IMG/VR virus record: IMGVR_UViG_3300027007_000024
Location: 1-29,918 of that record
DNA: 29,918 nt
Reading direction: 5' to 3' (one strand)
DNA from: a virus
Lineage: Duplodnaviria; Caudoviricetes
The position numbers were made by a program, and so were the translations under genes. Each line of letters starts with the position of its first letter. Position 1 is the stretch's first letter. Below are positions 25,100-29,918 of this stretch, one piece after another. A model generated the notes under the pieces. It was not told the origin of the DNA, did no database searches, and saw nothing but the letters and a program-made list of their open reading frames with translations.

Positions 25100-26107
25100 A
25101 TGTACCGACGCCGGTATCTGGTCGCCGCTGGGTCGGCCCTTCTCCTCGCCGGCTGTAGTGATGGCGAGGCCGAGGAGACGCCGACCGAGACGAACACGCC
25201 GACGGAGACGTCGACACCAACAGCGACGGCCACGGAGTCCCTCGAAACCGAGGATGACGTCGAGATAGAGACCGAGACCGAGACGGACACGGAAACCGAG
25301 ACGCCGTCCGATGCTGAACTCGCCCAGAATCACCTCCAGGAGTCGCGGGCGCTGGTCTCGCAAGCACACGAGGCGTACCTCGACCAGGGACCAACCGCCG
25401 AGACACTCGTCGACGTCGGCCCGGGGACGATGAACTTCCGGGCGAGTCCCGTCGTCGAACTGTGTAACCAGGCCGAGGACGCGCTCGACGAGGCGGCTGA
25501 CGTGGGCGTCGAGGACCTCGAAACACAGATCGGGTACCTCCGGACGTCCATTCAGTGGTTGGCCTTCGTGGCCGAATTGCAGGAGCGCCTCAGTGTCGTC
25601 GCCAGCGAGTTCGATGCAGCGGCCGAAGCGGCCGGCGAGCGGTACAACTTCGACGCGACGGTCTCCGAGTTCGAGGACGCCGTCGACGCGATCGACGCCG
25701 CCGGCTCGATCCGTGCCCAGGACCAGTCGCTCAGTGCGCCGGCCTTCCGCGAGATCGACGGCGTCGACGCGGACGAGATGAGCGAGAAAAATACGCAGAT
25801 CAACAGGCAGACACTCGCCCTCGAGTCTCGCCTTCGCGACGACATCCTCGCCACCGCCTCCGCGACGGAGCAACTGACCGACGCCCAGCTCGACAACGAG
25901 GCAGGGGCATATGAAGACGCTCGGCAGACGGCTCGCGACTCGCGGGACAGGCTGGAGTCCGCTATCGACGCCTTCGAAGGCGAGTCCACCACTAACTTCG
26001 AGGACATCGGCGGGCTGTTCGTCGACGCTGCCGACCGCGTCGTCGACAGTGCCGACCGGATCATCGCGGTCGCGAATCGCGGCATGGAAGACTCGGAGTC
26101 GGGATAG
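25100..26107 (+). CDS. Tat-exported lipoprotein with Thr/Glu linker and helical domain
   Basis: MYRRRYLVAAGSALLLAGC carries a twin-arginine motif and LAGC lipobox; TTAAG at 25071 fits a leaderless promoter. Confidence 0.85.
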   Translation: MYRRRYLVAAGSALLLAGCSDGEAEETPTETNTPTETSTPTATATESLETEDDVEIETETETDTETETPSDAELAQNHLQESRALVSQAHEAYLDQGPTAETLVDVGPGTMNFRASPVVELCNQAEDALDEAADVGVEDLETQIGYLRTSIQWLAFVAELQERLSVVASEFDAAAEAAGERYNFDATVSEFEDAVDAIDAAGSIRAQDQSLSAPAFREIDGVDADEMSEKNTQINRQTLALESRLRDDILATASATEQLTDAQLDNEAGAYEDARQTARDSRDRLESAIDAFEGESTTNFEDIGGLFVDAADRVVDSADRIIAVANRGMEDSESG

Positions 26108-26230
26108 GGACCACCTGGGCTGAAATCGGACAGTGGTTTGGCTCCTTCTCTCGCCGTTCTGACGACCCACACGTAGCTTCTCGTGGGCTCGTCACAAACA
26201 CCGACGCAGAAAACACGTAGTGGCGACGCT

Positions 26231-26533
26231 CTAATCCGCCAGTGTACTCTCGCCGTCTGCCTCTGCCGTGACCGGCGCGTCCATCCCGGCCGTCCCGAGG
26301 AACGCCTCGCGCCAGGAGTCAGTTCGCGCGTAGCGCTGCGGGCAGTCGCGCTCGTGCTGCAGCTCGTCGATGCCGGGGCTGGGTTCCTCGGTCAGGAGGA
26401 CCGAAGCACCACAGGCATCACACTGCAGCAGCTTGGGCTCTCCGATCTTGTAGCCGTCCTCGGAGACTGGTGATTCACTCCGGACAATCTCGAACTGCGT
26501 GCGCCGGTCGTAGACGGACTGAAAGTTCTGCAT
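26231..26533 (-). CDS. zinc-binding hypothetical protein
   Basis: CDACG...HERDCPQ; coupled leftward operon. Confidence 0.7.
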   Translation of the reverse strand: MQNFQSVYDRRTQFEIVRSESPVSEDGYKIGEPKLLQCDACGASVLLTEEPSPGIDELQHERDCPQRYARTDSWREAFLGTAGMDAPVTAEADGESTLAD

Positions 26534-26730
26534 TATCGCACCTCCGAGACGTCGACGTGACTCTCTGGCCCGGCGACGACGGCCGAATCGTGTCGGATTT
26601 CGTCTTCGTCGTCGGGGAGGAAGACGAGGACATCGTCCGGTCCCTGGTACGTGTGGACGGTCGCGTCGAGGTAGCCCAGGTCAGCGGCGCGTGGCCGCTC
26701 TGGACGGTCGACGTGGGCCGTCTCAGGCAT
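26533..26730 (-). CDS. small hypothetical protein
   Basis: MPETAHVD...SEVR, acidic; overlaps both neighbours. Confidence 0.65.
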   Translation of the reverse strand: MPETAHVDRPERPRAADLGYLDATVHTYQGPDDVLVFLPDDEDEIRHDSAVVAGPESHVDVSEVR

Positions 26731-27205
26731 CGTCCTCACCATCCCCGAACTGCTCCTCGACCTCAGCCAGCTCCCGCGCCTCGTCGACGAGGTCCTCCGG
26801 AAGGCCGGTGTGGTGAGCGAGCGCGTCGATGTCGTCCTCCGAGAACATCCCGCCCCGGTGCATCGCATCGAACACCGCCTCGAGGACGCCCACGGCCAGG
26901 TCGTGCTGGTGGCGCCGGAGATCGTCGTTGGCCTCCTCGACGGGTACGCGGGCCAGTCGCGACGCGGGAAAGTCGTAGGTCCCGGAGAAGCTGGTGCTCG
27001 GCTCGTCGGGGAGGTAGACCACCGAGAAGACGGGCTCCGGCCTGGAGACGTCCAGCAGCGCGTTCGCCTTGTACTGGGCGATGTCGTAGTCGTTCTGGTC
27101 CTGGTGGGCGCCCACGGACGGCGCCGGCTGTCCCACGACCTGGACCTTCCCGCGCTTGACGAGGTCGATGCAGACGTCGCCGACCTTGATGTCGGCGTCG
27201 GTCAT
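26723..27205 (-). CDS. hypothetical protein (SH3-like N-terminus inferred)
   Basis: IKVGDVCID...YDFPASRLAR pattern; acidic. Confidence 0.75.
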   Translation of the reverse strand: MTDADIKVGDVCIDLVKRGKVQVVGQPAPSVGAHQDQNDYDIAQYKANALLDVSRPEPVFSVVYLPDEPSTSFSGTYDFPASRLARVPVEEANDDLRRHQHDLAVGVLEAVFDAMHRGGMFSEDDIDALAHHTGLPEDLVDEARELAEVEEQFGDGEDDA

Positions 27206-27405
27206 GCGTCACCACACTCCGGGCAGACGAACAGGTCGTGGTCCTCTGACGTTTCGTCTACCTCGCTGAAGCGCAGGACCAGCTCGGGCTCGCCCTCGAA
27301 GCCACAGGCACAGACCATGGACTCGTGGTCGCGCGGGCTCGGATCGTAGCCGTGCTCTCGAAGCCAGTCGGCCTGTTTCCGGTAGCGCCGCATCATTCCG
27401 TTCAT
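27202..27405 (-). CDS. small CPxCG zinc-ribbon protein
   Basis: VCACG...FVCPECG; GGAGGTG SD; ATGA overlaps. Confidence 0.7.
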   Translation of the reverse strand: MNGMMRRYRKQADWLREHGYDPSPRDHESMVCACGFEGEPELVLRFSEVDETSEDHDLFVCPECGDA

Positions 27406-27581
27406 CGGCCACCTCCCTGCTCGCGGGCGTACTCGCGTAGCTCCTGCTTCGCCTCGCGGACCTGCTCGTCGGTGTACTTCTGCAGCTCGGTCTTCGCCAT
27501 GGCCCACGCGAGCCACGCGAAGACGACCGCCGCCGCGCCGATGCTGGCGCCGCCGACCAACAGCTCCCATGCGGCGGCCAT
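27402..27581 (-). CDS. 59-aa single-TM protein (not in ORF track)
   Basis: MAAAWELLVGGASIGAAAVVFAWLAWAMAKTELQKYTDEQVREAKQELREYAREQGGGR; coupled at both ends. Confidence 0.7.
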   Translation of the reverse strand: MAAAWELLVGGASIGAAAVVFAWLAWAMAKTELQKYTDEQVREAKQELREYAREQGGGR

Positions 27582-27727
27582 CAGTTCTCACTCTCCAGCG
27601 CCGCCTGGACGTCCTCGAGGATCGTACTGGCGTCGGACAGCCGCGCATCGAGGACGTCGTTTGCTCTGTCCTCGCGGACGATCTCGATCTGTTTCAGCGC
27701 CTCGTCGAGGCGGGACTGTGGATCCAT
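27581..27727 (-). CDS. 48-aa helical microprotein (not in ORF track)
   Basis: MDPQSRLDEALKQIEIVREDRANDVLDARLSDASTILEDVQAALESEN; TGATG overlap. Confidence 0.65.
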   Translation of the reverse strand: MDPQSRLDEALKQIEIVREDRANDVLDARLSDASTILEDVQAALESEN

Positions 27728-27728
27728 C

Positions 27729-28166
27729 TCAGTTCCCCTCCTCGCCGCCGGCTATATCTTGCGCCAGCCGGCGGATGTACTGCCTGACCTGCGAGGGGTC
27801 CGGGCGGGTGTCGATGCTCGTCAGGACTTTCGCCGTCAGCACGTCGATGAGCTCTCGGCGTTCGATGCGGTCAGCCTCGAGCAGCCGGTCGCTGTAGTCG
27901 TCGACGTAGGAGGTGGCCGTATCACTCCAGTCGGGCAGTTCCTCGTCGTCCAGCGCCTCGAGCGTCGCGGCGTGGACCTGTGGTTCGGGGACGTCGATCT
28001 GCAGCGCGAGCTCGGGGACGTCCACGTCGGGGATCTCGATGTCGACGTTCAGCTTCGCGAGGAGTTCGTTCGTCCCCAGACTGTCGGGCTTGGACTTCCG
28101 CGTCCGGTGGCTACCCTGCTTCCAGTCGATGACGAGCCAGCCGGTGATGGTCTTCTGATTCGACAT
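27729..28166 (-). CDS. hypothetical protein
   Basis: MSNQKTITGWLVIDW..., acidic; TGATG overlap. Confidence 0.75.
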   Translation of the reverse strand: MSNQKTITGWLVIDWKQGSHRTRKSKPDSLGTNELLAKLNVDIEIPDVDVPELALQIDVPEPQVHAATLEALDDEELPDWSDTATSYVDDYSDRLLEADRIERRELIDVLTAKVLTSIDTRPDPSQVRQYIRRLAQDIAGGEEGN

Positions 28167-28456
28167 CAGGCCGCACCCCCGAAGTCGATCTTCTCGTCTT
28201 CGTAGTGGAGCCACGCACGCTCTTCCTCGGTGAGCTCGGCGACGTCCACGGTGCCATCTTCGAACAGCGTCAGGCACTCCATCGGCAGGCGGACGCTCGC
28301 GTGATACGCCTCGGTGAACGTCCGGCCGTGCTCGACGTGGTTGTAGCTCGCGATGAGCTGCCCGTCGCGAACGTCGCGCAGTTCGATGTCGTGCCGGTTC
28401 GAGTCGTCGGCCGTCGTGGGGTCACAGTTTTGACCCTGGGATTCGGATTTGCTCAT
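28166..28456 (-). CDS. hypothetical protein, first gene of leftward operon
   Basis: Acidic 96-aa ORF. Confidence 0.72.
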   Translation of the reverse strand: MSKSESQGQNCDPTTADDSNRHDIELRDVRDGQLIASYNHVEHGRTFTEAYHASVRLPMECLTLFEDGTVDVAELTEEERAWLHYEDEKIDFGGAA

Positions 28457-28633
28457 GCTTCAGCTTGGTCTCTGGAGCACGGTCGGGCGTGGGCCAACAC
28501 GCCCCGGCCTTTGATTCTGGCCGGCGTCCCGCGCTTCCTACTTACAACTCTATTCGCCAGCACCATAAGTCTTACTAAGAATTACTAAGCACAACAAAGA
28601 CTAAGTAACACCACCGGCTACTAAGAAACGCTA
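28457..28633. promoter_or_regulatory. divergent promoter/operator region
   Basis: AT-rich gap between divergent operons; ACTAAG at 28574, 28584, 28600 and 28620; leader hairpins 28485-28504 and 28504-28524. Confidence 0.75.
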
Positions 28634-28927
28634 ATGGAAGTGGCGAAAACAGACGAGGACATGGTCAAGTATCAGTTCCAGGCGGAGGACGACGACTGGC
28701 AGGCGTGGAAGAACACGGTCCCGCGGAGCAAGAGCCTGGAGCAGCGCATCAACGAGCTCATCGAGGCTGACACGGAGGGCCGCGTCCTTGCTGGTGAACT
28801 CGACCTCGGCCAGCTCGACGAGACTCTTGAGCGTGCGCTATCGGAACTTCCGGAGGGTACGCCCGGACGTACAAGCGTCGAGGACGCCCACCGCATCGTC
28901 CAGGAGGCGCTCGACGAGGACGCATGA
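28634..28927 (+). CDS. putative ribbon-helix-helix-like regulator (repressor candidate)
   Basis: KYQFQ strand followed by helices DDWQAWKNTVPRSKSLEQRINELIE; adjacent to the operator-like repeats. Confidence 0.65.
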   Translation: MEVAKTDEDMVKYQFQAEDDDWQAWKNTVPRSKSLEQRINELIEADTEGRVLAGELDLGQLDETLERALSELPEGTPGRTSVEDAHRIVQEALDEDA

Positions 28928-29322
28928 ACGTCAGAACCCAGCGCGAGTTCCACCACCGAAAGACGCTCAGGGACGCCGGCTGGGACGTCCCCCAGCGGGA
29001 CGCCGTCGCGTTCAATTCGGGATCTGAGTCCGCCCGGCACTTCTTCGCCAAGTGTGCCGTGGCCCACCACCTCAAACAGGAGGGCTACCGAATCGCGTCG
29101 GAGGTCGACGGCCCAACAGGCGAGATCGACATCGTCGGCTACGGCACGGAGGACGAGCCGATCGTCGTCGAGGTGGAGACGGACGTCTCCGATGACGTCA
29201 CCAGGGACAAGCTCGAGCGCTACGTCTTCGGCCAGCCGTTCCGGGATATGTTCCTCCTGGACGTTGACGAGATGCCGACGGAGATGGACGAGGCGCTGGC
29301 GTGGATTGACGAGCAGTTGTGA
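28924..29322 (+). CDS. PD-(D/E)XK-fold nuclease-like protein
   Basis: ES..H..AK...GY....E....GEIDIV...IVVEVET. Confidence 0.7.
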   Translation: MNVRTQREFHHRKTLRDAGWDVPQRDAVAFNSGSESARHFFAKCAVAHHLKQEGYRIASEVDGPTGEIDIVGYGTEDEPIVVEVETDVSDDVTRDKLERYVFGQPFRDMFLLDVDEMPTEMDEALAWIDEQL

Positions 29323-29364
29323 GCATCGAGCGGGAACTATCAGCGATCCAGAGACCAACTGAAG

Positions 29365-29598
29365 ATGACAGACACAAGCGATACAACGGCGGAAGATACG
29401 GAAACCGGTGTTGCGCAGGCTGAGACGGAGAAGATGGGAGCGCCGAGCAAGGTCGACACAGTCGAAGAGCCTTGCCCAAATTGCGGTGTCGTCCAGCAGA
29501 TGGATGTGATGGAGCAGCTCTACGACGGCGCACCGACCGCCTACTACGTCGATCGGCACTGTCCGGTCTGCGGCAACCACATTGAGGACCCGTGGTAG
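29365..29598 (+). CDS. small CPxCG zinc-finger protein
   Basis: CPNCG...CPVCG. Confidence 0.7.
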   Translation: MTDTSDTTAEDTETGVAQAETEKMGAPSKVDTVEEPCPNCGVVQQMDVMEQLYDGAPTAYYVDRHCPVCGNHIEDPW

Positions 29599-29599
29599 A

Positions 29600-29776
29600 A
29601 TGACGGGTACGCATCACAAACTTCTCACCGATGGAGGCGCTGCCGAGTGCCCCGTTGACGGATGCGGAAACCAAGAACTCGATGACGTCTCAGACGAAGA
29701 CGACGAGTTCGACTGGTTCTGCGTCTGGTGTGGGAACCTCTTTGTCGAAACGGAGGGTGGTCTTGATGTGCAGTGA
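29600..29776 (+). CDS. small zinc-ribbon protein
   Basis: LLTDGG, CPVDGCG...FCVWCG. Confidence 0.68.
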   Translation: MTGTHHKLLTDGGAAECPVDGCGNQELDDVSDEDDEFDWFCVWCGNLFVETEGGLDVQ

Positions 29777-29918
29777 CGACGTGCGCACCTCCGGGAACAC
29801 GTCTATCAGCAACCTCCACATCGACGAGATTCCCGTGTCTATCGGGGAGCACGACCGGCTTTTCTGCGAGGACGGTCACGAGCCGGTCGAATGCGAGCGC
29901 AGCGGGAAGCTGTGTGCT
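29766..29918 (+). CDS. partial hypothetical protein running off the window
   Basis: MCSDDVRTSGNTSISNLHIDEIPVSIGEHDRLFCEDGHEPVECERSGKLCA, open to the end; GGAGGGTGG SD-like upstream. Confidence 0.5.
   Translation, partial: MCSDDVRTSGNTSISNLHIDEIPVSIGEHDRLFCEDGHEPVECERSGKLCA

Noticed and set aside
25170-25310. GAGAC/ACCGAG tandem repeats as a DNA element
   Set aside because: They encode the Thr/Glu/Pro linker of the lipoprotein.

Overview
The window is most of the genome of a haloarchaeal head-tailed virus or provirus with siphovirus-like organisation. It is GC-rich, the proteome is strongly acidic, genes are coupled by ATGA/TGATG overlaps, and promoters are archaeal TATA-type. Left to right: a C5 cytosine methyltransferase lacking motifs IX/X; several Zn-finger microproteins; a coiled-coil/wHTH-like protein followed by a palindrome-dense origin- or recombination-like region; a DUF4258-like gene; a ~330-nt structured non-coding region ending in a mini-tRNA element (acceptor plus T-arm); three membrane proteins; HNH, TerS, TerL; a portal fused to a C-terminal KTSC domain; XkdF-type protease/scaffold; major capsid protein; neck genes; tail tube; tail chaperone with a -1 slippery site; a short tape measure; tail-tip genes; a Tat lipoprotein; a leftward operon; a divergent control region; and a rightward operon with a putative repressor and a PD-(D/E)XK nuclease. 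No integrase or replicative helicase/polymerase is visible. The best novelty candidate is the structured ncRNA with its tRNA-like processing element, possibly working with the portal-KTSC fusion or the DUF4258 protein. All calls come from reading motifs and synteny by eye; no searches were run.
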